Made by a program: the position numbers and the translations under genes. DNA of 64,000 nucleotides from Candidatus Eiseniibacteriota bacterium. Lineage in GTDB: Bacteria; Eisenbacteria; RBG-16-71-46. The notes beneath the pieces are model-generated. The model made no database searches. It was not told the origin of the DNA and saw only the letters and a list, made by a program, of their open reading frames with translations. The stretch is from positions 3,776,001 through 3,840,000 of the forward strand of contig OY970342.1 in the NCBI GenBank assembly GCA_963717505.1, read 5' to 3'. Positions 54,307-64,000 of the stretch are shown in pieces. Numbering within the stretch: position 1 is the stretch's first letter; each line of letters starts with the position of its first letter.

Positions 54307-57173
54307 CGAACCAGGTCGGCGCCGCGTCCGATCGATACCACGAGCGGCACGCGCAGCGGGTAGCCCGCTCTCCATTTCGGCGCGGACGCGCTCGGCGACG
54401 GCGTCGGCCACCTCCGCCGGGCACTCGAGCAGCAGTTCGTCGTGCACCTGGAGCAGCAATCTAGCCGAGGGGTGCAGGCTCTTCAAGGCGCGGTGGACGC
54501 GAATCATCGCCAGCTTCATCAGATCGGCGGCGGATCCCTGGATCGGGGCGTTGATCGCCACGCGCTCGGCGAGCGCGCGCTGCGCGCCGGCCGGCTCGGC
54601 CAGCGCCGGCAGGTAGCGGCGGCGGCCGAACAGCGGTCTGCGACGTAGCCGCGGCGGCGCGCCTCCTCCACCGTGCGATCGAGGTAGTCACGCACGCCGC
54701 GCGAACACGCGGAAGTAGCCGGCGAATGAAGTCCTGCGCCTCGGCGAGCGGGATGCCTCATCTGCTGCGACAGGCTGCGCGCGCCCATGCCGTACATGAT
54801 CCCGAAGTTGACGATCTTGGCGCGAGCGCGCAGCGCGGGGTCGAGCTCGCCGGTGACGCCGAAGATCTTGCGCGCCGTGTTGGCGTGCACGTCCTCGCCG
54901 CTCCTGGAACGCCGTCGATCAGATTCGCGTCCCCCGACAGGTGCGCCATGATGCGCAGCTCGATCTGCGAGTAGTCGGCGCCGACCAGCATCGATCCCGG
55001 AGCCGCGACGAACGCGCGGCGGATCTCGCGCCCCTGCGGCGTGCGGATCGGAATGTTCTGCAGGTTCGGGTTGCTCGACGACAGTCGGCCGGTCGCCGCC
55101 CCCACCTGGATTGAACGTGGTGTGCACGCGGCCATCGCGCGCGTCGACCGCGAGCGGCAGCGCGTCGAGGTAGGTCGACTCGAGCTTGGCCAGGATTCGG
55201 TATTCGAGCAGCCGCGCGGGAAACGGGTGGCTGCGGCGCCAGCTCCTCGAGCACCGCCTGGTCGGTCGAGCAGCCCGGTCTTGGTGCGCCGGCCGGGCTC
55301 GAGCTGGAGCATTTCGAACAGGACTCGTGACAGCTGCGGTCCGCTGCTTCAGATTGAAGCGCTCGCCGGCGAGCGCGTACAGCTCCTCCTCGAGGCGGCG
55401 CAGCTCGACCGCGACCCGCGCCGATTGCGCGGCCAGAGCGGCAACGTCGAGGCGGATTCCCGCGCGCTCCATGTCGTACAGCACCGGGATCAGCGGGTGC
55501 TCGATGTCGTCGTAGAGCGCGAGTTGCTCGCGCGCTGCGAGCTGTCCACGGAGCGCATCCGCCAATGGGAACAGGGCGCCGGCCGCCGGTTCGAGGGCGG
55601 CGGCGACCACGCCCGGATCCAGCCCGGCCGCACCCGGGCGACCGCGCCCGGCCCGACCCGCGAATGCGTCGTCGAGCCCGGGCAATTCGATGCCGGCCGC
55701 GTCACGTGCGACGGCGGCCAGCGAATGATCACGATCGGGATCACACAGGAACGATCCGATGTGCAGGTCGAACGCGAGCCCCGCGATCGGCATGCCCGCG
55801 TTGGCCAACACGTGTGCGTCGCGTTTGAGATCCTCGGAGACCTTCGGCACCGAGGGATCGGCGAGCGCGAGCGTGAACCAGCCGTGGACCTCGTCGAGCG
55901 TGAAGTTGGGGCCGTGATCGTGCCCGACCGGGACGTAGCAGGTCGAACCGTCGCGGGCGGCCAGCGCGATCCCGATCAGCCGCGACGTCCGCGGATCGGC
56001 GCTCGAGCCGAGCGGCAGCAGGGCCAGACCGTGGATGGCGCGGGCGCGCACCTCGTGGATGCGCTCCCGCTGCGCTTCGAGCCCGCCCACCACGCCGGTC
56101 GAGACCGGGGTTGCGGACCAGAGGTCGAGCGTTCCCTGGGCCGGCTCGAGACGGCGCGCGGTTTCGGGACGCGGCATGGATTCGGGACCGAGCGGTCGAA
56201 ACGGCACCGGGGGCGCCGACGCGATCGGGGCCAGCGGCTCGACCGACGCTCGAGGACGAACGAGCGGGCGCGCCGGCGGCGGCGATTCGGCGGCGTCCAC
56301 GACTCCCTGATCGCGGGCGACGTCGCTCAGGCGCTGCAGCTCGTAGCGTTCGGCGAGTGCCTTGAGGGCGTCGCCTCGAATCGGGCCGCGGCGCAGGTCC
56401 TCCCACTCGATGCCCAGCGCGCAGTCGGTCTTGACCGTCACCAGTTCGAGTGACAGGAGTGCCTGCTCGTGATGGGTCCGCAGCCTCTCCCGCAGCGACT
56501 CCTTCTCCACGCGATCGAGCCCGGAGTAGAGCGCGTCGAGCGATCCGAACTCACGGATCAGATCGGTCGCGGTCTTGGGCCCGATTCCCGGAACGCCCGG
56601 AATGTTGTCGGTGCTGTCGCCCATCAGCGCGAGCACGTCTCGGGTCTGCTCGGGCGCCACCCCCCACTTGTCGTGCACCGCCGCGCGATCCACCCACACG
56701 TAGTCCTCGCCGCGGCCGGAGGGGCTCAGCAGGCGGACGCGGTCGTCGACCATCTGCACCAAGTCCTTGTCACTGGTGACCAGGACGACCTCGAAGCCGT
56801 CGCGCTCGGCCCGGTCGGCGAGGGTCGCCATGACGTCGTCGGCCTCGACGCCCGGCACTTCGATCCGGGGCAATCCCAGCGCCGCCGACACTTCGGCGAT
56901 CGCCGGAATCTGCGCGAGCAGATCCTCGGGCATCGGCTTGCGCGTCGCCTTGTACTTCGGATACCTCAGGTGGCGATGAGTCGGGCCGCGACCGTCCCAG
57001 GCCAGGGCCCAGTACTCCGGCCACTCGTCCCGCCGGATCTTGAGCACCGAGTTCGCGAATCCGAACAGCGCGGAGGTGTTCTCGCCCCGAGAGTTCACGA
57101 GCGGCCGGCGGATGAACGCATAGTGGGCGCGATAGGCGAGTCCCATCGCGTCGAGCACGAACAGTCGAGGCAT
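54296..57173 (-). CDS. polA: DNA polymerase I (indels in the polymerase domain)
   Basis: [33 protein letters not shown]; [42 protein letters not shown]. Confidence 0.95.
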
Positions 57174-57179
57174 GCGCGG

Positions 57180-57188
57180 ACCGTACCA
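57180..57188 (-). promoter_or_regulatory. Extended -10 (TGG TACGGT) 6 nt upstream of the polA ATG; probable leaderless promoter
   Basis: TGnTAnnnT at leaderless spacing; no SD. Confidence 0.55.
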
Positions 57189-57220
57189 CGATCGTCGCCC
57201 GGCGGATTCGCCGCCGAGCT

Positions 57221-58051
57221 CTAGCCGGACCGGCGCCAGACCGTGTAGAAGAACTGCGCGAAGTAGTGGAGCATCGGCAACGCCGCGAGCCCGGCGTCGG
57301 CGCGATGCAGCGCGGGAAACACGCTGGCGTGATGCAGGGCTCGGAGGACGGGACCGGTGAGCGCGAGATTGGCGCCGGAGGTGGCCACCCGCTCGAGCCC
57401 GTGCGGCTCGAGCAATTTCAGAGCACGCGGGAACGGCCAGCTCAAGTGATCCCGCAAGACCGGATCGATCGGTCGATGCTTGAGGGCATGCACCAGCATC
57501 GCCCACGCATACGGAATCGACAGACGGTTGGGCAGGGTCACGACCGCAATCCCGCCCGGGGCCAGGGCACCGGCGAGGTTGGCCAGGACGCGGTCGGGGC
57601 GCGCCGTGTGCTCGATGACCTCGGTGCACAGGATCAGGTCGAAGCGCCCCGGGGCTTCGAACGTCTCGGCGTCGGCGACCTCGAAGCGACGCCGCGCGCC
57701 CGGCGTGTCGCGTGCGAAGTGGCGCCGGGCGCGCTCGACGTACTCGGGCTCGAGATCCACGCCCAGGACCTCCTCGAATCCGAGATCCGAGATCATCTTG
57801 GAGTAGTAGCCGGCATTGCACCCGAGATCGAGTGCCGCCCGCCGGCGCGAAAGCAATCCTCGGCGGGCCAGCGAGCCGACCAGCGCGTGGAAGCGGTTGA
57901 GGCGGCTGCGATGGAGCACCCGCGTCTCGGGGTCCGAGGCGTAATCGTAGAGAACGTCCAACGCCGACTGCAGGGGATCGTCGTCGCGACAACCCCAGGC
58001 CACCGTGTAGGGCGCGCTCAGCACGCTCGGGTCGACGTTCGGCGCCGTCAT
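57221..58051 (-). CDS. Class I SAM-dependent methyltransferase
   Basis: ALDLGCNAG, GVD, FDLILCTEVIEH, LAPGG..TLPN. Confidence 0.88.
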   Translation of the reverse strand: MTAPNVDPSVLSAPYTVAWGCRDDDPLQSALDVLYDYASDPETRVLHRSRLNRFHALVGSLARRGLLSRRRAALDLGCNAGYYSKMISDLGFEEVLGVDLEPEYVERARRHFARDTPGARRRFEVADAETFEAPGRFDLILCTEVIEHTARPDRVLANLAGALAPGGIAVVTLPNRLSIPYAWAMLVHALKHRPIDPVLRDHLSWPFPRALKLLEPHGLERVATSGANLALTGPVLRALHHASVFPALHRADAGLAALPMLHYFAQFFYTVWRRSG

Positions 58052-58773
58052 GCGCCGCGCCTGGCGACCAGCAGCAAATTCGACCGAGGGGTTCGCCCGA
58101 GGCCCGAACCCAGAACCAGGCGATCGATCCCCTGGAGCAGCCACGGCATACGGTTCAGGAAGCGGGCCGCCTTGAGGTCGCGATTGAGCAACACGTGAGT
58201 CGGCTCCAGCGATTCGATCCGTAGGCCTTGTTGCTCGAGCAGTTCGCGGTGACGGTCCAGCGGGCGAGTCCGGTTGTGCGCAGCCAGTCCGGCCGGGGGT
58301 GCAAACACGTCCGTGTAGACCAGGAGTCCCCCCGGCGCGACCGCACGGGCGGCGTGCACCACGGCCGCCTGCCATCTCACGTCGTCGGTGATGTGAAAGA
58401 ACACGTCGAAGATGTTCACCAGATCGAACGATTCGGCCAGGGGATGATCGGCGAGGTCCGCCCGCACGAAACGCGCTTGCGGAAAGCGACCCGACAATCC
58501 GGCCACCGATGCTTCCGTGAGGTCCATGCCGGTGACCTGGGCGCCGCGGCCCAGGTAGTACTCGACGAAGAAGCCGGTGCCGCAGCCGACGTCGAGCACT
58601 TTTCGGCCTCGAGGATCGAAGCCCGCGCGCGCCAGCGCGCGGTCCAGCACGAAGCGGCGCAGCGCGTAGCAGGCGCGGTTGTACTCGAGCGACAGCCCGG
58701 GCTCGCCGGTGCCGCGCAGATCGAATTGCTCGCGCAGGCGATCCTCCCAGAAGGTGCGCGGCTCGTAGTTCAT
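58048..58773 (-). CDS. Class I SAM-dependent methyltransferase
   Basis: VLDVGCGTG, TGMD, FDLVNIFDVFFHI, APGG. Confidence 0.88.
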   Translation of the reverse strand: MNYEPRTFWEDRLREQFDLRGTGEPGLSLEYNRACYALRRFVLDRALARAGFDPRGRKVLDVGCGTGFFVEYYLGRGAQVTGMDLTEASVAGLSGRFPQARFVRADLADHPLAESFDLVNIFDVFFHITDDVRWQAAVVHAARAVAPGGLLVYTDVFAPPAGLAAHNRTRPLDRHRELLEQQGLRIESLEPTHVLLNRDLKAARFLNRMPWLLQGIDRLVLGSGLGRTPRSNLLLVARRGA

Positions 58774-59498
58774 GGCCGCGCCTTCGCGGTGCGGCGACGT
58801 GGGCCCGCCGGTCCCTGGGCGGCGCGACCCGGACCGGTACCGGGTTTCCGAATCGCGCGACGATAGAGCCCGTGGCGCTCGATGTAGCGTGCGACCGAGT
58901 CGGGCACCAGCATCCGAATCGAACGACCGGCCCTCGCCCGCGCGCGAACCAGGCTCGACGAGATCGCGACCTCGGGATTGTCCAGACGGATCGCGCCGCG
59001 GACACGCCCGCGCGCCCGCGCGCCGTGCGCGTTCGCCCGAGAGCCGCGGCGAGGCGCCGGCCGGCCGGCGACCACCACGGTCGCCAGTCGCGCGATCGCC
59101 TCGGGTTCCTTCCAGCTCGCGAAGTCGTCGAGGCTGTCCCCGCCCAGGATCAGGTACCAGCGCGCTCGCGGATGCTCGCGGCGAAGCAAACGCAGCGTGT
59201 CGATGGTGAACGAAGGGCCGCGTCGTCGAGTTTCCATGGTCGATACCGCGAACCCGGGTTGGCCGCGGGTGGCGAGTCGGGTCATGGCCAGCCGTGCCGC
59301 GGACGAGGAACGGCGCCGATCGAGTTTGTGCGGCGGCGTTCCCGCCGGAACGAAGATCACGCGATCGAGCCCGAGCCGGTCGCGCGCCCACTCCGCGATC
59401 GCGAGATGTCCGAGGTGCGGCGGGTCGAAGGTGCCACCGAAAACTCCGAACCGGGTCGCGCGCGGCCGCCGCGCCGCCGTCCGGGCGGGCGCGACCAC
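58770..59498 (-). CDS. nadD: Nicotinate-nucleotide adenylyltransferase
   Basis: GGTFDPPHLGH, PPHK, SFTIDTL, ISSSLVR. Confidence 0.94.
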   Translation of the reverse strand: MVAPARTAARRPRATRFGVFGGTFDPPHLGHLAIAEWARDRLGLDRVIFVPAGTPPHKLDRRRSSSAARLAMTRLATRGQPGFAVSTMETRRRGPSFTIDTLRLLRREHPRARWYLILGGDSLDDFASWKEPEAIARLATVVVAGRPAPRRGSRANAHGARARGRVRGAIRLDNPEVAISSSLVRARARAGRSIRMLVPDSVARYIERHGLYRRAIRKPGTGPGRAAQGPAGPRRRTAKARP

Positions 59499-59500
59499 GC

Positions 59501-60256
59501 TCAATGCTCCAGCCGGGCGCGCTCGCGGGCCGCTTCGGCGGCCAGGGGATGCCCGGCGAACTCGGTCTCGATCGCGCGCAGCTGATCGATGGCCTGCTGC
59601 GTCCAGCCTCGCGCCGCGGTCAGTCGCGCGATCCCGATACGCGCGTCCCCGGCCTGCGGCGTGTCGCCGAACTCGTCGATCACCCGCCGATAGTAGATCT
59701 CGGCTGGTTCGTATTGCTTGAGCTTGGTGTAGAGCCGGGCGGTGTTCATGTACTTGGTCGCGAGCTGCATTTGGGTCTTCGCGACCCGCTCGGCCGCCCG
59801 GGCGTTCAACCAATGCCCCGGGTGGTCGGCCAGGTAGCGCAGCCATTGGTTCAGGGCGAGCCGCGTGAACTCCTGATCGAAGTCGGGTCCGCGCGTCTGG
59901 CCGAACAAAGCCTCCCCGAGCCCGTACGAGGCGGCCGCGCTCGAATCGCTCTCCGGATAGTCGCGCAGCAGGCGCTCGAACTCGAGCTGCGCCGCCGCCC
60001 AGCTCTTCATCCTCAGGTTCGCATCACCCAGCAGATAGATGGCTTCGTCGACCTGCGATCCGCCGGGGTTGTTGGTGACGTAAGACTGCAGCAGTTCGCT
60101 GGCGCGCATGTAGTCGCCCTCGGCGATCATCTGACGGGCAACGTCCAGCCGCTCCGACTCGCTGCGAATCGGCGGCATCACGCCCGCGCCACAGCCGGCG
60201 AGCGCCAGCACCATCAGGGCCGCTGCGGCCGTGCGCAGCCTGCGAGATCGAATCAT
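59501..60256 (-). CDS. bamD: Outer membrane protein assembly factor BamD
   Basis: Lipobox LAGC, TPRs, DQEFT motif, LATK..ARLY; upstream of nadD. Confidence 0.88.
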   Translation of the reverse strand: MIRSRRLRTAAAALMVLALAGCGAGVMPPIRSESERLDVARQMIAEGDYMRASELLQSYVTNNPGGSQVDEAIYLLGDANLRMKSWAAAQLEFERLLRDYPESDSSAAASYGLGEALFGQTRGPDFDQEFTRLALNQWLRYLADHPGHWLNARAAERVAKTQMQLATKYMNTARLYTKLKQYEPAEIYYRRVIDEFGDTPQAGDARIGIARLTAARGWTQQAIDQLRAIETEFAGHPLAAEAARERARLEH

Positions 60257-60267
60257 GGGTTTCCGGA

Positions 60268-61041
60268 TCAGGGGCGGTTGGCGAAGAACAGCGCCACCAG
60301 GCCGGCGACGACCGCGATGACGATCACCGGCTCAGCGATCTTCGTGACCGTGCGATCGGGCACCACGCCCTGCAGATCGGTATAGCGACTGTCCTCGACC
60401 AGGGGGAGCTGGCTGCGCGGGAAACGCATCCACGAGGTTGTAGCTGGCATCCCCGGTCCACAGGATGCGCGCATCGACGGGATCGCGCAACGTGAGTCGC
60501 GCCCTCGACCAGGGCCTGACGCTCGATCTGCACCCGACCCGGCAGCCAGCCGCGGAAGCGCAGGTAGGTGATCCGCGCCGACGCCGAGCTGGTAGTCGAG
60601 GATCGGCTCCCCCGGATTGCCCATCACCAGTTCGAGGCTGTCGTCGGGAACGATCGAGCGCCGCACCGCCAGAGTCATCCGGCGACTGGCCAGCGCCTTG
60701 AGGATCGCGTGCTCGACGACGAAATTCAGAGGATGGCTCTCGGCGGGCGCAATCAGCAGCGCCTGGCCGCTGTCGAACGGCGCCGATTCCAGCGCGCGCT
60801 CGAACGCGGTGTTGGCGACCAGGCTCGTGAGCTGGAGGTTGGTCGCGGGCACTCGCGGCCCTCGGCTGCGGACGATCGGATCGACCACGACTTGCGCGAT
60901 CGACAGCACCGTGTCGGGTTCGGCTTCCGGGCCGCCTTCGTAGCGCACCTTCTTCGCCCCCGCCTCGGATGCCAGACCGAGCAGCGCGATCGCACCAGTG
61001 AAGACGACCACGGCGCCCTGGAGTCGCACCCGCCGGCTCAC
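60268..61041 (-). CDS. Hypothetical exported protein with C-terminal TM anchor (internal indels near 60420-60590)
   Basis: Signal peptide ..SEAGA-K; C-terminal AEPVIVIAVVAGLVALFFANRP. Confidence 0.65.
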   Translation of the reverse strand: MSRRVRLQGAVVVFTGAIALLGLASEAGAKKVRYEGGPEAEPDTVLSIAQVVVDPIVRSRGPRVPATNLQLTSLVANTAFERALESAPFDSGQALLIAPAESHPLNFVVEHAILKALASRRMTLAVRRSIVPDDSLELVMGNPGEPILDYQLGVGADHLPALPRLAAGSGADRASGPGRGRDSRCAIPSMRASCGPGMPATTSWMRFPRSQLPLVEDSRYTDLQGVVPDRTVTKIAEPVIVIAVVAGLVALFFANRP

Positions 61042-62486
61042 GACGCGGCTCCGAGCACGACCAGGCCTCGCCGCTCCGCCGTCTCGGCGCGCGCGAACAG
61101 GTCGTACGCTCCGGCCCCGGTGACGCGCACCGGAATCACCGAGCCCGGCGTCAGTTCATCTCCCTTCGACCACCACGCCGCCGTCCACTTCGTAGGCCTG
61201 GCCCGTGCTGCGCGCCGCCCACTGGCCACGCCCCGCGGGACCATCGATCATCACCTCCATCCGCTCTCCGATCCGGCGTGCCAGCCGGGCACGCGACAGT
61301 TGCTGCTGCAATGCGAGCAGTCGCGCCCGGCGCGAGCGCCGCACGGTCAGCGGCACCCGCGGCGTCATGGCGTGTGACGGCGTCTCCGGCTCGCGCTCGT
61401 AAGGAAACACGACCACGTGGTCGAACGACTCCTCCTCGACGTAGCGGCACAGCGTCGTCGAACTCGGCTTCGGTCTCGCCGGGAAATCCGACGATGAAGT
61501 TGGTGCGAAACGCGACTCCGGGAATGCCGGCCTTGATCCGCGTCACCAGCGCGCGGGTGTCGCGCTCCGATCATGCCGCGCGCCATCCGGCGCAACTGTT
61601 CCTGGGCGATGTGCTGGAGCGGCATGTCGACGTAGGGAACGATCCGTCGGGCGCGAGCCCAGGTCTCGATCAGCCGGTCGCTCCAGAGCCGCGGGTAGGT
61701 GTACTGGACCCGGATCCAGCGCAGGCCCGATCGACCTGGTCGAGCGCCACCAGCAGATCGGCCAGCGTCGGCGTCCCGGCGAGGTCGGTGCCGTAGCCGG
61801 TCGTGTCCTGCCCGATCAGGTTCAGCTCGCGCACGCCGGCCGCGGCCAGGCGTGTCGGCCTCGGCGACCAGATCGGCGATCGGCCGGCTCTTCTGGTCGC
61901 CGCGCAGGCGCGGGATGATGCAGAACGTGCAGCGATGGTCGCAGCCCTCGGAGATCTTGAGATAGGCGAGGTGGCGCGGCGTGGACAGCGCGCGCGGCGC
62001 CATCGGGATCGAGGGCCCCGCCCGGCGAATCCGTGCGCGCGTGGCGCTCGAGATCGCCGGCGAGCACGTGGCGCGCGGCGGTCACCACTTCGCGCCACTG
62101 CCCGGTGCCGAGCACCGCGTCGACTTCGGGGAACTCGTCGAGCAGACCGGCGCCGGCGCGCTGGGCCAGGCAACCGGTGACGATCAGCCCGCGCAGCCGG
62201 CCGGTCTGCTTGAGCTCGCGACCCGCGCGATCGTCGTCCTTGGACTCACGCACCGCGCTGCCGCAGGAAGGCACAGGTGTTGACCACCGCGACGTCGGCC
62301 TCGTCGAGGTCGCCGACGGTGCGGAACCCGTCGCGCACCAGCAGTCCGAGCATGTGCTCGGAGTCCACGGTGTTCTTGGGGCAACCGAGCGTGACGAACG
62401 CGAGCGCCGGCGGCTGGCGGTGCCGAGCGCGCCACGTGCCGGCGGCGCGGACGGCGCGACGTGGATGCGTGCGATCGCGCGGTCAC
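61038..62486 (-). CDS. rimO: Ribosomal protein S12 methylthiotransferase RimO (indels)
   Basis: [63 protein letters not shown]. Confidence 0.92.
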
Positions 62487-64000
62487 GCTCCGTACCGATC
62501 CTCGAGCCAGCGCTCGTCGACCAGCACGTCGCGCGCCTTGCTGCCCTGGAACGGACCCGACCACCCCGATCTGCTCGAGCTGGTCCATCAGCCGTCCGGC
62601 GCGCGAGTAGCCGACCTTGAGCCGGCGCTGGAGCAGCGAGGTCGAGCCCTGCTGGTGCGAGACCACCAGTCGCGCCGCGTCGTGCGAGCAACGCGTCGTC
62701 GTCGCCGCCCTCCTCGGCGCCCTCGACCTCGTCGGCCTCGGACAGATCGGGACGCGTGGCCAGCGGCGGCGGGGTCGGCGACCGCACCCTCGGCCGAGCG
62801 GCACGGCGCGCAGCTTGGCCTTCCAGAAATCGACGACGCGCGCCGTCTCCTCTTCCGACACGTAGCAGCCGTGGATGCGATAGGGCTCCGGCTTGCCGGC
62901 GGGCGTGAACAGCATGTCGCCGTGGCCGAGCAGGTTCTCGGCGCCGTTCATGTCGAGCACCGTGCGCGAGTCGGTCTTGCTCGCGACCTGGAACGCGATC
63001 CGCGACGGGAAGTTGGCCTTGATCACGCCGGTGATCACGTCGACCGACGGGCGCTGCGTCGCGAGCACCAGATGGATGCCGACCGCACGCGCCATCTGCG
63101 CCAGACGCGCGATCGGCTCCTCGATCTCGGCGGGTGCGGTGAGCATCAGGTCGGCCAGCTCGTCGATGACGACGACCACGTAGGACAGCCGCTCGGGCGG
63201 CGGCGCGCCGTCGTCGGCCGGCGCCGGCACCTGGCCGGCCGCGACCTTGTCGTTGTACCCGGCGATGTTGCGAGCACCGCAGGTCGCCATCAGCTTGTAG
63301 CGCTTCTCCATCTCCGACACCGCCCAGCGCAGCGCGCGGCTCGCCTTCTTGGCCTCGGTGATCACCGGCATGACCAGGTGCGGAATGCCGTTGTAGGCCG
63401 ACAGCTCGAGCATCTTGGGATCGATCATCACCATGCGCAGCGTCTCGGGACCGTGCTGGAACAGGAGGCCGGTGATGATGGCGTTCAGGCACACGCTCTT
63501 GCCCGAACCGGTGGCGCCGGCGACCAGCACGTGCGGCATCTTGGTCAGGTCGTCGACGAAGGGCTGTCCGACGACGTCGACCCCGAGCGGCGATCTTGAG
63601 CGCGCGAGTCGTTGTCCTCGTAGGGCGCGGACGACAGCACCTCACGCAGATACACCGTACGGCGGCTGCCGGTTCGGGATCTCGACGCCGACCGCACCCT
63701 TGCCCGGGATCGGCGCCAGGATCCGGATGCGCTGGGCGCGCAGGGCCAGCGCGAGGTCGTCCTCGCGCGAGACGATCTGGTTGACCTTGACCCCGGCGGC
63801 CGGCTCGAACTCGAAGGTGGTGACCACCGGCCCCGGGTGGATCTCGGTCACGCGCCCATCGATGTCGAAGTCGGCGAGCTTGGCGACCAGCAGGTTCGCC
63901 TCGTTGGTCAGGTCGGCGGCGGTGATCAGATCTTCGGGCTGGGTGTTGAGGCCCAGGAGCCCGAGCGGCGGCAGGGCGTCGGTGGCCGCCGCGGCGACCG
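62483..64000 (-). CDS. ftsK: DNA translocase FtsK (5' end outside the window; indels)
   Basis: GPVVTTFE, IPGKGAVGVEIPN, PHVLVAGATGSGKS, IDELADLM, ATQRPS, gamma domain LQRRLKVGYSRAGR. Confidence 0.95.

Noticed and set aside
52003-54561. Apparent prfB-pmm and polA-coaE-prfB fusions
   Set aside because: Frame-hopping artefacts in an indel-rich block; each gene has its own start and overlapping stop

Overview
High-GC diderm bacterial chromosome segment, mostly housekeeping and mostly on the minus strand. Bacillithiol genes, PorV/T9SS-like proteins, a GWxTD protein and the bamD-nadD order suggest an FCB-related candidate phylum such as Ca. Eisenbacteria (inference only). Left to right: nfeD-slipin, thrC, rsgA, an orphan membrane histidine kinase, a DUF1611/epimerase pair behind bshC-bshB1-bshA, terC, murJ/uppP, an ECF sigma factor, an amidohydrolase, an FAH-family gene, glycosylation genes, hsp20-dnaK, dcd, moaB, a gamma-carbonic-anhydrase/DinB fusion, an Omp85 paralog, a complete tol-pal operon, tlpA, tRNA-Leu(GAG), secG-tpiA-pgk-gap, then a cell-surface cluster (TonB-dependent receptor, large T9SS-CTD-like protein, PorV-like barrel, GWxTD protein, with an extra OM barrel upstream), followed by mpg, pmm/pgm, prfB (programmed +1 frameshift), coaE, polA, two methyltransferases, nadD, bamD, rimO and ftsK. 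I saw no mobile elements, CRISPR arrays or rRNA genes. Four blocks (about 36.9-40.0, 41.6-48.0, 50.9-55.4 and 60.4-63.7 kb) are dense with indels, most likely consensus errors, so coordinates there are approximate. Best candidates for new biology: (1) the TBDR/CTD-cargo/PorV/GWxTD module and its tandem promoters flanking a structured RNA; (2) bacillithiol-linked accessory genes, including the gamma-CA-DinB fusion; (3) repeated -10 boxes directly upstream of start codons, implying widespread leaderless mRNAs; (4) a sigma54 promoter on hsp20-dnaK.
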